A DNA stretch of 64,000 bases, from assembly GCF_964355755.1 (NCBI RefSeq), contig NC_092678.1:1938422-2002421 (forward strand). The letters run 5' to 3'. Both the position numbers and the translations under genes were made by a program. Below are positions 51,941-64,000 of the stretch, piece by piece. The notes under the pieces are model-generated. The model had not been told where the DNA came from. It saw nothing but the letters and a program-made list of their open reading frames with translations, and made no database searches. Source of the stretch: Antedon mediterranea. Taxonomy: Eukaryota; Animalia; Echinodermata. Positions within the stretch are counted from its first letter, which is position 1. Every line of letters begins with the position of its first letter.

Positions 51941-54900
51941 AGACGGCGACAGCTGCTGGCGTTGGTGAAGGTAGTCGTCTATTTTTTATTTCTGATCGTA
52001 CTTCGGGACTTAGATTCTTAGTTGACACTGGAGCGGAGGTTAGCGTGTTACCTCCATCAATAACAGACAAGTTGCACCGAAAAACTGACTTTGTATTGCA
52101 AGCAGTAAACAAATCTACAATATCTACTTATGGGGAGCGTTCCTTAACAGTTGATTTTGGATTTCGACGCACGTATAGGTGGATATTTACTGTTGCTGAT
52201 GTGCCTAATGCGATTATTGGGGCCGACTTTTTACGACGTTTTGGTTTAATTGTGGACTTAAAAAATCGCAAACTTTTCGATGCTACTACTAGTATCAGTG
52301 TCAAGGGAATAGAATGTACCCTAGCATCACTTAGTCCGGTCTTTCCGACCCCAAAAGTAAATCCTCGTTTTCAGGAAATATTAAACAAATATAAAACGAT
52401 TACCAAACCATGTTTTCGTAATGGAAGCGTGAAACATAACGTTACACATCAGATAAATACAAATGGGTTGCCAGTTTGTGCCAGACCTCGCCGATTGTCT
52501 TCTGAGAAATTGAAAATTGCACGGGCTGAATTTGATCATATGTTACAATTAGGAATTATACGGCCCTCGGATAGTAACTGGTCGTCGCCGCTACACATGG
52601 TGCCTAAAGGAACAACAGGTGATTGGAGGCCATGTGGGGACTACCGAGCGTTAAATAATGTGACTGTTCCAGATATGTACCCCATCCCTCACATTCATGA
52701 CTTTACCGCAACTCTCTCGGGTTGCAAGATTTTTTCTAAGATAGATTTGGTACGTGCATATCATCAAATACCCGTCGATCCTAAAGACATTTCAAAAACC
52801 GCTATTACTACGCCGTTTGGCATGTTCGAGTTCTTAAGAATGCCATTTGGTCTTCGAAATGCGGCACAGTCATTTCAGCGCTTTATTGACCAGGTGTTGC
52901 AGGGTATGAATTTCGTGTATGCTTACATTGATGACTTACTTATTGCCAGCATGGATACTGCTGAACATGAATTGCATCTTCAGGCACTTTTTAAACGTCT
53001 CGATGAATTTGGTATCATTGTTAATCCGTCCAAGTGTGTATGGGGTGTGTCTTCACTGCAATTTTTAGGTCATCAAATTAACGAGTTTGGGATACAGCCA
53101 TTGCGTTCCAAGGTTGAGGCGATTGAACAGTTTCCAGTACCAGATACTGTGCGTAAATTACGTGAGTTTCTGGGATTAATTAATTTCTACAGACGGTTTA
53201 TACCTAGATGTTCGGATTTGATTCATCCATTAACTGATTTACTTGTCGGTAAACCTAAAAAGGCGATTGAACTATCTCCGACGGAAATTGAATCGTTCAA
53301 CAAGGTCAAGTATGCACTCGTCGAATCAACTCTTCTAGAACATCCACATCCTGACGCTGCATTGTGTTTAATGGTAGATGCGTCCAATTGCGCTGTAGGT
53401 GGTGTGTTGCAACAAATGGTAGCAGGGATTTGGCATCCACTTGCATTTTTTTCCCGACGTCTAAATCCGGTGGAAAGGAGATATAGTACTTTTGGACGGG
53501 AATTACTAGCTACCTATCTTGCAGTTAAGCATTTTCGCCACGTTCTAGAAGCTAGAACATTTTATATCTTAACTGACCATAAACCTTTAACACACGCATT
53601 ACGTTCCAGCGCAGATCGATATTCGCCGCGAGAGATACGTCACTTAGACTACGTCTCACAGTTTACCACGGACATTCGACACGTCAAGGGTAGCGAGAAT
53701 ACCGTAGCAGACGCACTGTCACGTATGGACTTGAATGCAGTGTCAGCTTCATCGGAGCTTTCTATTGATTATGACGTCATGGCTAGGCACCAGCAAAAAG
53801 ATGCGGAGTTGCTCGAACATCAGCATAAGTCTGTTTTCAAGTTGAGAGACGTACCGATAGCGACTAGCGGCGGTACTATTGTATGCGATGTCACCACTGG
53901 TAATCATAGACCGTTCGTGCCCAAAGGTATGCGTAGGTTAGTGTTTGACTCTTTGCATTCACTTTCTCATCCAGGGATTCGAGCTTCACTAAAATTAATC
54001 GCTTCACGGTATGTTTGGCCTGGTATGAACAGTGATGTGCGGACATGGGCTAAGTGTTGTTTAAAATGCCAGAGGAATAAGGTTCATCGCCACACTGTGA
54101 CACCATTAGGTACGTTTGCGACGCCCGACATAAGATTCGACCACGTCCACATAGACTTGGTAGGACCTCTACCTGTATCGGATGGTTATACTTACCTACT
54201 TACATGTATCGATCGCTTTACAAGATGGCCAGAGGCCATATCAATCACCAATATTACCGCTGAAACTGTAGCCAAAGCGTTTGTCACTGTTTGGGTATCC
54301 AGATTCGGTGCGCCATCCACCATCACTACAGACCGTGGTCGTCAGTTCGAATCGGCACTATTCACCGCCCTATCTAACATGTTGGGCACAAAACGCATTC
54401 GAACAACATCTTACCATCCTATGTCAAATGGATTAGTTGAACGTTTTCACCGCCAATTAAAGGTTTCGCTTAAGGCTCAAGATGATCCTCAGAAGTGGAG
54501 TGAAACTTTACCTTTAGTTCTTCTGGGTCTCCGGACAGCGGTCAAAGTTGATTTAGGCTGTTCTTCATCGGAACTGGTGTATGGAGCAACCCTGAAACTT
54601 CCAGGGCAGTTTGTCGCGCCTACTGATATCGCCTCACATGAGCCTGCGAATTACGTACATAGATTGCAAAGACAGATGCAGAATATTCGACCAGTGCCAA
54701 CACGAGCGAATCAACGCACCGCACAAATCCACGACGATTTGCGTGAATGTACTCACGTGTTTGTTCGTTGCGATAGCGTAAAGAAACCTCTTCAGTCTCC
54801 TTACAATGGGCCATTTAAAGTTTTAAACAGAACTGACAAATACTTTGTTTTGAGCATCGCAGGTAAACATGAAACTGTTAGTTTGGACAGACTAAAAGTC

Positions 54901-55074
54901 GCCTATGTAAATAATGGTAAAGCTATTAACAACTTTCCAGAATCGTCAAGGCAACCGGAAGCAGGGCTTTCCCCAACCGCAAGTGCTATTCCAGTCGCAC
55001 CTCCGCCACGGCAAACGCGTAGCGGACGACATGTACACTGGCCACGTAAGCTTGCAGATTATGATTGCGGTTGA
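51892..55074 (+). CDS. pol: Pol polyprotein (PR-RT-RH-IN), -1 frame relative to gag
   Basis: [57 protein letters not shown]; 1060 codons without a stop. Confidence 0.96.
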   Translation: MLFFLTEGGKRPSQRLETATAAGVGEGSRLFFISDRTSGLRFLVDTGAEVSVLPPSITDKLHRKTDFVLQAVNKSTISTYGERSLTVDFGFRRTYRWIFTVADVPNAIIGADFLRRFGLIVDLKNRKLFDATTSISVKGIECTLASLSPVFPTPKVNPRFQEILNKYKTITKPCFRNGSVKHNVTHQINTNGLPVCARPRRLSSEKLKIARAEFDHMLQLGIIRPSDSNWSSPLHMVPKGTTGDWRPCGDYRALNNVTVPDMYPIPHIHDFTATLSGCKIFSKIDLVRAYHQIPVDPKDISKTAITTPFGMFEFLRMPFGLRNAAQSFQRFIDQVLQGMNFVYAYIDDLLIASMDTAEHELHLQALFKRLDEFGIIVNPSKCVWGVSSLQFLGHQINEFGIQPLRSKVEAIEQFPVPDTVRKLREFLGLINFYRRFIPRCSDLIHPLTDLLVGKPKKAIELSPTEIESFNKVKYALVESTLLEHPHPDAALCLMVDASNCAVGGVLQQMVAGIWHPLAFFSRRLNPVERRYSTFGRELLATYLAVKHFRHVLEARTFYILTDHKPLTHALRSSADRYSPREIRHLDYVSQFTTDIRHVKGSENTVADALSRMDLNAVSASSELSIDYDVMARHQQKDAELLEHQHKSVFKLRDVPIATSGGTIVCDVTTGNHRPFVPKGMRRLVFDSLHSLSHPGIRASLKLIASRYVWPGMNSDVRTWAKCCLKCQRNKVHRHTVTPLGTFATPDIRFDHVHIDLVGPLPVSDGYTYLLTCIDRFTRWPEAISITNITAETVAKAFVTVWVSRFGAPSTITTDRGRQFESALFTALSNMLGTKRIRTTSYHPMSNGLVERFHRQLKVSLKAQDDPQKWSETLPLVLLGLRTAVKVDLGCSSSELVYGATLKLPGQFVAPTDIASHEPANYVHRLQRQMQNIRPVPTRANQRTAQIHDDLRECTHVFVRCDSVKKPLQSPYNGPFKVLNRTDKYFVLSIAGKHETVSLDRLKVAYVNNGKAINNFPESSRQPEAGLSPTASAIPVAPPPRQTRSGRHVHWPRKLADYDCG
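51916..51922 (+). promoter_or_regulatory. -1 ribosomal frameshift slippery heptamer G GGA AAC
   Basis: X XXY YYZ in the gag frame within the gag/pol overlap. Confidence 0.85.
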
Positions 55075-55177
55075 AGAAATTCTGTTAGTTTATTGTGCTG
55101 GAAGTTTTATACTAGAATCATTTTTTTTTTTATTCATCGCTCGCTAACATTTCATTTGCGATCTAGAGGGGAGCTGA

Positions 55178-55477
55178 TGTAGAGGCAATTTGCATATGTG
55201 TTAGCAGGTGTAACGAACGGCATGCAAACCTTTTTATCCTTTGTCTCTCTCTCTCAACTACCGACCGTCGAACAAGCAGGACGTATTTATTTTACTTATC
55301 GTTGTTTGGTAACACAAGGAACTTTGCGTATCCTGTACATGTACAGAAGAAACCATTATTATTGGAATATATTATGTGTATATAATTACGGAGCCAAGTA
55401 TAAGAAGTTACTAATGATATTTGAACCCAATGCATGCTCTCACAACACAGTATAGTGGGTAAGTTGGATCTCACTAA
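55178..55477 (+). repeat. 3' LTR (300 bp, TG...AA ends)
   Basis: Follows AGAGGGGAGCTGA; ends TCACTAA before the TSD. Confidence 0.93.
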
Positions 55478-58400
55478 AAACACATAAAGCAGAAAGATAA
55501 GGTAGGCCTATTGCCATTTTTAATACCAAGGGTATACAACGAATTTGCAAGTTTTGCTAAGCCACTGATTATTGTTTTTATGTAATAATGTGATTTTATT
55601 ATTATTTTCTTTTTTTTTCTTTTAGAAGAAACCCAACCAAGGGAAAACCCAAAATGTGTGACATATGCAAAATTGAATATGTGCGTGTGGATCGACATAT
55701 AAAACGTATGCACACGGTAGGCCTATATTGCAATGTTAAATACACTGTGGTCGAGTTTACCATTTTTTTATAAAATTCAGTATAAATACGGTAAACCAAA
55801 AACAAAAGCGACGCAGCGGTGACTTGAAAAAAAAAGAAATTTAAAGTATAACGCCATCACACTCGCACGCCCTCGTGTGTTGTTGTTGCAGTGCGCCACC
55901 TTGCGCCCTATGTTTTGAATATTACATCAGACTTAGCATAAACATATAGGTTTAATATCTAAAATGTGTTTATAATTAAATACATAAATATTTCATTTTT
56001 GTTTTTGTGTCCTTTTTGCGAGACACGCATAGTAAATGTGTCCCGCCATATAAACACAATACACAACGAAAAAACGGACAAAGAAAGAAGGGCCAGTCTG
56101 GCGAAACTAAAAAAGAAGTGAGTAACACACCAAAAAAGGAAAATCTGTAACATACTTTCTTGTATTATTTTAGCATTTAATAAATCTACCATTGCATTAC
56201 TTGGATACAAGTGAAGAAGACACACTATTTATTTTCATTGCACCAGAACGCTGCTTTATAATGTAGGCCTAATTAAAGGGACATATATAATGAAAATAAC
56301 TTTTTTAATGACCACTGTCATTACAAAATCGTAAAATGAACTTGCAGGATTTTACTTGGGCAAGGCAATCAGCTTTAATAGCAAACCCACTTTCCCAACT
56401 CCTGGGACAAGTGTTTTTTTTCAGTCAAACAAACACATTTGACGTATTCTCTTGTCCCATAACAAGCGCTTTTAAAATAAGAAAAATTGTAACAGCACAA
56501 AAAACCATGCGGCAACACACATTGTTAAAATACGAAGCTTCTTCAAAGCACATTAAAACCAGTGCATTTCATCACTGAAGGCAAAAATCACTTATGTCAT
56601 TAGATTATGCAATTTTCGATTTGGGGAGGTAACTTGATACATTTTTGGACCATGAAGAAAAAGGGAGATGTCACATATCTAATATGTTTGTATGACGTCA
56701 CAGTTCCCAGAGTGCTTTATGAATAAAAGTTACTCTCCATATTGATCTCGCATAGCTGGTGGTCGATTCATTTTGTTGCAACTAATAATTGCAACATTTT
56801 TATATTATATTTTAGAAAGAAAATAATATGAAATCAATCCGGCAAAACAGAGTAAGCACAATAATCTTTTCAATTCCTGTATCTATCCGCGAAGAAGTAC
56901 GGGAAAAGCTAAACAAGTTGCTAAAAGGTTATACAAAAAGGTGACAGCACCTACTGAGTGGGTCTTTAACATGGTGATCGCAAGAAAGCGAGATAAGCAC
57001 TCGATGAAATGTTGCAAGATTAAAACAAGGAAAACAACAATTTGATTTTTAGTGCCATAAATCAAGGGTATAAAACATACTATGTTTTGCAAAGAATAGT
57101 TTGTAGTAGTAGACAAACACATAAAGCGGAAAGATAAGGTAGGCCTATTGCCATTTTTAATACCAAGGGTATACAACGAATTTGCAAGTTTTCCAAAGAA
57201 CAGTTTGTACGAGTAGACAAACTAAGGGTATAAAACATAAGGACTAAGCCACTGATTATTGTTTTTATGTAATAATGTGATTTTATTTTCTTTAACTTTT
57301 AGAAGAAACCCCACCAAGGGAAAACTGAAACAGTGCGACATCTGCGACATTGAATTTGTTCGTCTGGAAAGACATAAAAAACGCATGCACACGGTAGGCC
57401 TATATTGCAATGTTAAATACACTGTGCTCCAGTTTACCATTTAAAAAAAAATTCAGTATAAATACGGTAAACCAAAAACAAAAGCGACGCAGCGGTGACT
57501 TGAAAAAAAAAGAAATTTAAAGTATAACGCCATCACACTCGCACGCCCTCGTGTGTTGTTGTTGCAGTGCGCCACCTTGCGCCCTATCGAGCGACATTGT
57601 TTTCGCCATGTGTTAGTTGGTTCTAGTAGGCTTAGTGTCGAAAAAACATACTATGTTTTGCAAAGAATAGTTTGTAGTAGTAGATAAACACATAAAGCAG
57701 AAAGATAAGGTAGGCCTATTGCCATTTTTAATACCAAGGGTATACAACGAATTTGCAAGTTTTGCTAAGCCACTGATTATTGTTTTTATGTAATAATGTG
57801 ATTTTATTATTATTTTCTTTTTTTTTCTTTTAGAAGAAACCCAACCAAGGGAAAACCCAAAATGTGTGACATATGCAAAATTGAATATGTGCGTGTGGAT
57901 CGACATATAAAACGTATGCACACGGTAGGCCTATATTGCAATGTTAAATACACTGTGGTCGAGTTTACCATTTTTTTATAAAATTCAGTATAAATACGGT
58001 AAACCAAAAACAAAAGCGACGCAGCGGTGACTTGAAAAAAAAAGAAATTTAAAGTATAACGCCATCACACTCGCACGCCCTCGTGTGTTGTTGTTGCAGT
58101 GCGCCACCTTGCGCCCTATGTTTTGAATATTACATCAGACTTAGCATAAACATATAGGTTTAATATCTAAAATGTGTTTATAATTAAATACATAAATATT
58201 TCATTTTTGTTTTTGTGTCCTTTTTGCGAGACACGCATAGTAAATGTGTCCCGCCATATAAACACAATACACAACGAAAAAACGGACAAAGAAAGAAGGG
58301 CCAGTCTGGCGAAACTAAAAAAGAAGTGAGTAACACACCAAAAAAGGAAAATCTTTAACATACTTTCTTGTATTATTTTAGCATTTAATAAATCTACCAT

Positions 58401-61400
58401 TGCATTACTTGGATACAAGTGAAGAAGACACACTATTTATTTTCATTGCACCAGAACGCTGCTTTATAATGTAGGCCTAATTAAAGGGACATATATAATG
58501 AAAATAACTTTTTTAATGACCACTGTCATTACAAAATCGTAAAATGAACTTGCAGGATTTTACTTGGGCAAGGCAATCAGCTTTAATAGCAAACCCACTT
58601 TCCCAACTCCTGGGACAAGTGTTTTTTTTCAGTCAAACAAACACATTTGACGTATTCTCTTGTCCCATAACAAGCGCTTTTAAAATAAGAAAAATTGTAA
58701 CAGCACAAAAAACCATGCGGCAACACACATTGTTAAAATACGAAGCTTCTTCAAAGCACATTAAAACCAGTGCATTTCATCACTGAAGGCAAAAATCACT
58801 TATGTCATTAGATTATGCAATTTTCGATTTGGGGAGGTAACTTGATACATTTTTGGACCATGAAGAAAAAGGGAGATGTCACATATCTAATATGTTTGTA
58901 TGACGTCACAGTTCCCAGAGTGCTTTATGAATAAAAGTTACTCTCCATATTGATCTCGCATAGCTGGTGGTCGATTCATTTTGTTGCAACTAATAATTGC
59001 AACATTTTTATATTATATTTTAGAAAGAAAATAATATGAAATCAATCCGGCAAAACAGAGTAAGCACAATAATCTTTTCAATTCCTGTATCTATCCGCGA
59101 AGAAGTACGGGAAAAGCTAAACAAGTTGCTAAAAGGTTATACAAAAAGGTGACAGCACCTACTGAGTGGGTCTTTAACATGGTGATCGCAAGAAAGCGAG
59201 ATAAGCACTCGATGAAATGTTGCAAGATTAAAACAAGGAAAACAACAATTTGATTTTTAGTGCCATAAATCAAGGGTATAAAACATACTATGTTTTGCAA
59301 AGAATAGTTTGTAGTAGTAGACAAACACATAAAGCGGAAAGATAAGGTAGGCCTATTGCCATTTTTAATACCAAGGGTATACAACGAATTTGCAAGTTTT
59401 CCAAAGAACAGTTTGTACGAGTAGACAAACTAAGGGTATAAAACATAAGGACTAAGCCACTGATTATTGTTTTTATGTAATAATGTGATTTTATTTTCTT
59501 TAACTTTTAGAAGAAACCCCACCAAGGGAAAACTGAAACAGTGCGACATCTGCGACATTGAATTTGTTCGTCTGGAAAGACATAAAAAACGCATGCACAC
59601 GGTAGGCCTATATTGCAATGTTAAATACACTGTGCTCCAGTTTACCATTTAAAAAAAAATTCAGTATAAATACGGTAAACCAAAAACAAAAGCGACGCAG
59701 CGGTGACTTGAAAAAAAAAGAAATTTAAAGTATAACGCCATCACACTCGCACGCCCTCGTGTGTTGTTGTTGCAGTGCGCCACCTTGCGCCCTATCGAGC
59801 GACATTGTTGTCGCCATGTGTTAGTTGGTTCTAGTAGGCTTAGTGTCGAAAAAACATACTATGTTTTGCAAAGAATAGTTTGTAGTAGTAGATAAACACA
59901 TAAAGCAGAAAGATAAGGTAGGCCTATTGCCATTTTTAATACCAAGGGTATACAACGAATTTGCAAGTTTTGCTAAGCCACTGATTATTGTTTTTATGTA
60001 ATAATGTGATTTTATTATTATTTTCTTTTTTTTTCTTTTAGAAGAAACCCAACCAAGGGAAAACCCAAAATGTGTGACATATGCAAAATTGAATATGTGC
60101 GTGTGGATCGACATATAAAACGTATGCACACGGTAGGCCTATATTGCAATGTTAAATACACTGTGGTCGAGTTTACCATTTTTTTATAAAATTCAGTATA
60201 AATACGGTAAACCAAAAACAAAAGCGACGCAGCGGTGACTTGAAAAAAAAAGAAATTTAAAGTATAACGCCATCACACTCGCACGCCCTCGTGTGTTGTT
60301 GTTGCAGTGCGCCACCTTGCGCCCTATGTTTTGAATATTACATCAGACTTAGCATAAACATATAGGTTTAATATCTAAAATGTGTTTATAATTAAATACA
60401 TAAATATTTCATTTTTGTTTTTGTGTCCTTTTTGCGAGACACGCATAGTAAATGTGTCCCGCCATATAAACACAATACACAACGAAAAAACGGACAAAGA
60501 AAGAAGGGCCAGTCTGGCGAAACTAAAAAAGAAGTGAGTAACACACCAAAAAAGGAAAATCTGTAACATACTTTCTTGTATTATTTTAGCATTTAATAAA
60601 TCTACCATTGCATTACTTGGATACAAGTGAAGAAGACACACTATTTATTTTCATTGCACCAGAACGCTGCTTTATAATGTAGGCCTAATTAAAGGGACAT
60701 ATATAATGAAAATAACTTTTTTAATGACCACTGTCATTACAAAATCGTAAAATGAACTTGCAGGATTTTACTTGGGCAAGGCAATCAGCTTTAATAGCAA
60801 ACCCACTTTCCCAACTCCTGGGACAAGTGTTTTTTTTCAGTCAAACAAACACATTTGACGTATTCTCTTGTCCCATAACAAGCGCTTTTAAAATAAGAAA
60901 AATTGTAACAGCACAAAAAACCATGCGGCAACACACATTGTTAAAATACGAAGCTTCTTCAAAGCACATTAAAACCAGTGCATTTCATCACTGAAGGCAA
61001 AAATCACTTATGTCATTAGATTATGCAATTTTCGATTTGGGGAGGTAACTTGATACATTTTTGGACCATGAAGAAAAAGGGAGATGTCACATATCTAATA
61101 TGTTTGTATGACGTCACAGTTCCCAGAGTGCTTTATGAATAAAAGTTACTCTCCATATTGATCTCGCATAGCTGGTGGTCGATTCATTTTGTTGCAACTA
61201 ATAATTGCAACATTTTTATATTATATTTTAGAAAGAAAATAATATGAAATCAATCCGGCAAAACAGAGTAAGCACAATAATCTTTTCAATTCCTGTATCT
61301 ATCCGCGAAGAAGTACGGGAAAAGCTAAACAAGTTGCTAAAAGGTTATACAAAAAGGTGACAGCACCTACTGAGTGGGTCTTTAACATGGTGATCGCAAG

Positions 61401-61718
61401 AAAGCGAGATAAGCACTCGATGAAATGTTGCAAGATTAAAACAAGGAAAACAACAATTTGATTTTTAGTGCCATAAATCAAGGGTATAAAACATACTATG
61501 TTTTGCAAAGAATAGTTTGTAGTAGTAGACAAACACATAAAGCGGAAAGATAAGGTAGGCCTATTGCCATTTTTAATACCAAGGGTATACAACGAATTTG
61601 CAAGTTTTCCAAAGAACAGTTTGTACGAGTAGACAAACTAAGGGTATAAAACATAAGGACTAAGCCACTGATTATTGTTTTTATGTAATAATGTGATTTT
61701 ATTTTCTTTAACTTTTAG

Positions 61719-61809
61719 AAGAAACCCAAACAAGGGAAAACTTCAAATTTGTGCGATATGCAAAATTGAATATGTGCGTCTGGAAAGACATATACAACGT
61801 ATGCACATG
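61719..61809 (+). other. Zinc-finger exon A3 (diverged)
   Basis: AG|RNPNKGKLQICAICKIEYVRLERHIQRMHM|GTAGGC. Confidence 0.7.
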
Positions 61810-61857
61810 GTAGGCCTATATTGCAATGTTAAATACACTGTGCTCCAGTGGACTAAA

Positions 61858-62060
61858 ACAGAAAATAGAGCAAAACAACAAAAGAGAGAGTACCAATTTT
61901 GTGGGACAATATTTTAATATTTAATATTTTAATATTTTATTTTAATATTTTATTATTTAATATTTAATATTTAATATTATAATAATGTGTCCAGACACAT
62001 TTGACAAGTTCACAAACATATAACGGATTGTGAAAGACGGGCCAGTCTGGCCACATTTTG
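61858..62060 (+). pseudogene. Fused D+B exon, broken by a (TAATATTT)n tract and a stop
   Basis: TENRAKQQKR-EYQFCGTI..NVSRHI*QVHKHITDCERRASLA, then GTGAGT. Confidence 0.65.
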
Positions 62061-62418
62061 TGAGTGATTAAGTGACAAAAAGGGACAGTCTGATTAATAA
62101 TTAATTAATCTTAAACGCGATACTAATATTTTTTATATGGCTTTAGTTGCAATATCAGTCAACATGACAGTAGACATAGCAATGTGTGAAGCAACCAACA
62201 ATCCATTACAAACATATTTATAGCAAAGATAAATACGTAAATGACGCTTCATAGAAATCCATTACGGTCACATCGAGAAATTAGTCTATTATGAAATGAA
62301 TTATTATTATTAAAGACGTCCACAAAGAAAAAAACGGACAAAGACAAAAAACGGACAACGAAAGAAGGGCCAGTCTGGCCAAACTAAATACAATATCAAT
62401 ATTTTATTTTTGTTTTAG

Positions 62419-62523
62419 GAGTGCCCTTTTTGCGGGACCATAATTATAAATGTGTCCCGCCATATAAAAGACGTCCACAATGAAAAAACGGACAACGAAA
62501 GAAGGGCCAGTCTGACCAAACTA
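62419..62523 (+). pseudogene. Zinc-finger exon B copy, donor lost
   Basis: TTTTAG|ECPFCGTIIINVSRHIKDVHNEKTDNERRASLTKL. Confidence 0.62.
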
Positions 62524-62832
62524 AATACAATATAAATATTTTATTTTTGTTTTAGGAAATCAATCCGGCAAAACAGAGTAAGCACAATAATCTTTTCCAT
62601 TCCTGTATCTATCCGCGAAGAAGTACGGGAAAAGCTAAACAAGTTGCTAAAAGGTTATACAAAAGGTGACAGCACCTACTGAGTGGGTCTTTAAAAACCA
62701 TAAAAGATAAGGTAGGCCTATTGCCATTTTTAATACCAAGGGTATAAAACGAATTTGCAAGTAGACAAACTAAGGGTATAAAACATAAGGACTAAGCCAC
62801 TGATTATTGTTTTTATTTTCTTTAACTTTTAG

Positions 62833-62920
62833 AAGAAACCCAACCAAGGGACAACAGAAACAGTGCGACATATGCAAAGTTGAATATGTGCGTGTGGAAA
62901 GACTACGACATATGGACACG
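62833..62920 (+). pseudogene. Zinc-finger exon A4, His ligands degenerate
   Basis: AG|RNPTKGQQKQCDICKVEYVRVERLRHMDT|GTAGGC. Confidence 0.6.
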
Positions 62921-63175
62921 GTAGGCCTATTGCAATGTTAATACACTGTGGACCAACTATATGTATATAAATATGGTAAACCAAGAACATTACATAGCCT
63001 AAAACAGATGCATGTTACTAGCTAAATATAAATATTGTTGTTTCAAATATACATGTTAAATAAACAATTTTTGCCTTCTAAAACTTTCATATTAGAAATA
63101 TTTGTAACAGACTATTAGTCACCGATTATTGTTTTTAGTATGTAATAATGTGATTTTGTTTTCTTTAAATTTTAG

Positions 63176-63266
63176 AAGAAACCAAACCAAGGGTGAAGTC
63201 AACCGCTGCCCAATATGTCAAGAAGCATTCAATCGGGTAAAAAGACATATACATGGTATGCACACG
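63176..63266 (+). other. Zinc-finger exon A5 (most diverged, ligands intact)
   Basis: AG|RNQTKGEVNRCPICQEAFNRVKRHIHGMHT|GTAGGC, 91 nt. Confidence 0.72.
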
Positions 63267-63895
63267 GTAGGCCTATTGCAATATTAATTGCAGTGGACCA
63301 AATTTGGTACCTCACAAGCAGTTAACAAAAATACACAGTTGTCAGTCGCTCAAATAAGGATGACACAATGTGTAACAGGACAAATAAGAAATAGCAATGA
63401 AAATATGTGTAGCATAGATCGGTGTAAAAAGAATTATCTGCATATAAATATTTATTGTATTGTTTTCCTTTTTGATAAACCATAAAAAATAGACGTACTA
63501 TTTTGCTACGGTTTCGGTAGAATTAGCACTTTTTCTTTTAACCCTTGGATGTGTCTTGAGTGTAACTAAGCAGCATGTCATTATATATGTGACCGAGTTT
63601 GTGTTTCTCCTGGTCTGTTTATGAAAGATTGAAAGTTATTTAAAAAAAAAGATGGATTCTTTTCTTGCTAGATAATGTCCTTTGTCCTCTGTCAATGATA
63701 GTGCTATCAAAGTTTGGTAGATGATTTTCAATGACAACATGGTCTGTGACCAGTTTCTCCACATATATACAAAGATCCTACTAAATACAAGTTTGTTTTT
63801 CAGGATGGTATATGAATTTGTTTGTTATTATTTGAAAGCTTGACTTAGTGATTTGTCAATCCTGCAATGTATACCAATACCGACTTGATTTCTCT

Positions 63896-64000
63896 AATTC
63901 ATTACTCTGTTCATGATCTTTCAATTCATTACTCTGTTCATGATCTTTCAATTCATTACTCTGTTCATGATCTTTCAATTCATTACTCTGTTCATGATCT
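63896..64000. repeat. 27-bp tandem repeat running off the window
   Basis: (AATTCATTACTCTGTTCATGATCTTTC)x~4. Confidence 0.93.

Larger units (their letters stand above)
50910..55477 (+). mobile_element. CsRn1-type Gypsy LTR retrotransposon with intact ORFs, inserted in the macrosatellite
   Basis: TSD AAACA (50905-50909, 55478-55482); LTRs 50910-50975 and 55178-55477; tRNA-Trp PBS; PPT before 55178; open gag and pol. Confidence 0.97.
34108..61848 (+). repeat. Macrosatellite: 2208-bp (L) and 1147-bp (S) units, order L-SSL-SSL-SSL-L*-L-L + partial, 4503-bp higher-order repeat
   Basis: Marker ORF starts at 34761, 36970, 38117, 39265, 41473, 42620, 43768, 45976, 47123, 48270, 50478, 57259, 59467, 61675; L* = 2208+4573 due to Gypsy insertion; copies nearly identical. 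Confidence 0.97.

Noticed and set aside
34805-61809. One giant constitutively spliced poly-zinc-finger gene
   Set aside because: Exon phases are incompatible inside the array (A-A and D1-A give stops) and B* lacks an acceptor
34385-61917. Dozens of recurring 60-100-aa ORFs as a tandem gene cluster
   Set aside because: Most are antisense or intron-spanning frames with non-ATG starts that recur only because the DNA is repeated; the only coding signal is in the short exons described
11860-63280. Frequent TAGGCCTA palindrome as a locus-specific signal
   Set aside because: Scattered in unrelated contexts and inflated by the array; more likely a genome-wide compositional motif, which cannot be tested from this window

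Overview
AT-rich animal (invertebrate-type, spliceosomal GT-AG introns) genomic DNA dominated by transposons and repeats; no prokaryotic features. 1-10.7 kb is a nest of four decayed retroelements: a Mag-like Gypsy split by a CR1 LINE and by a second Gypsy, which itself holds an ORF1-only LINE derivative. 11.0-16.9 kb is a TIR-bounded element with no transposase that carries a spliced BEN-domain gene. 17-33 kb holds local duplications, hairpin minisatellites, Helentron-type elements and three MITEs stacked at one target site. From 23.9 kb to the right edge lies a family of small exons encoding atypical C-x2-C-x9-H-x4-H zinc fingers, on the minus strand left of ~30 kb and the plus strand right of ~33.5 kb. 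One segment of this family is amplified into a ~28-kb macrosatellite (1147/2208-bp units, 4503-bp higher-order repeat). Each unit also carries LTR-retrotransposon debris, and the array is interrupted once by a young CsRn1-type Gypsy with intact ORFs. All calls come from reading the sequence by eye; no searches were run.
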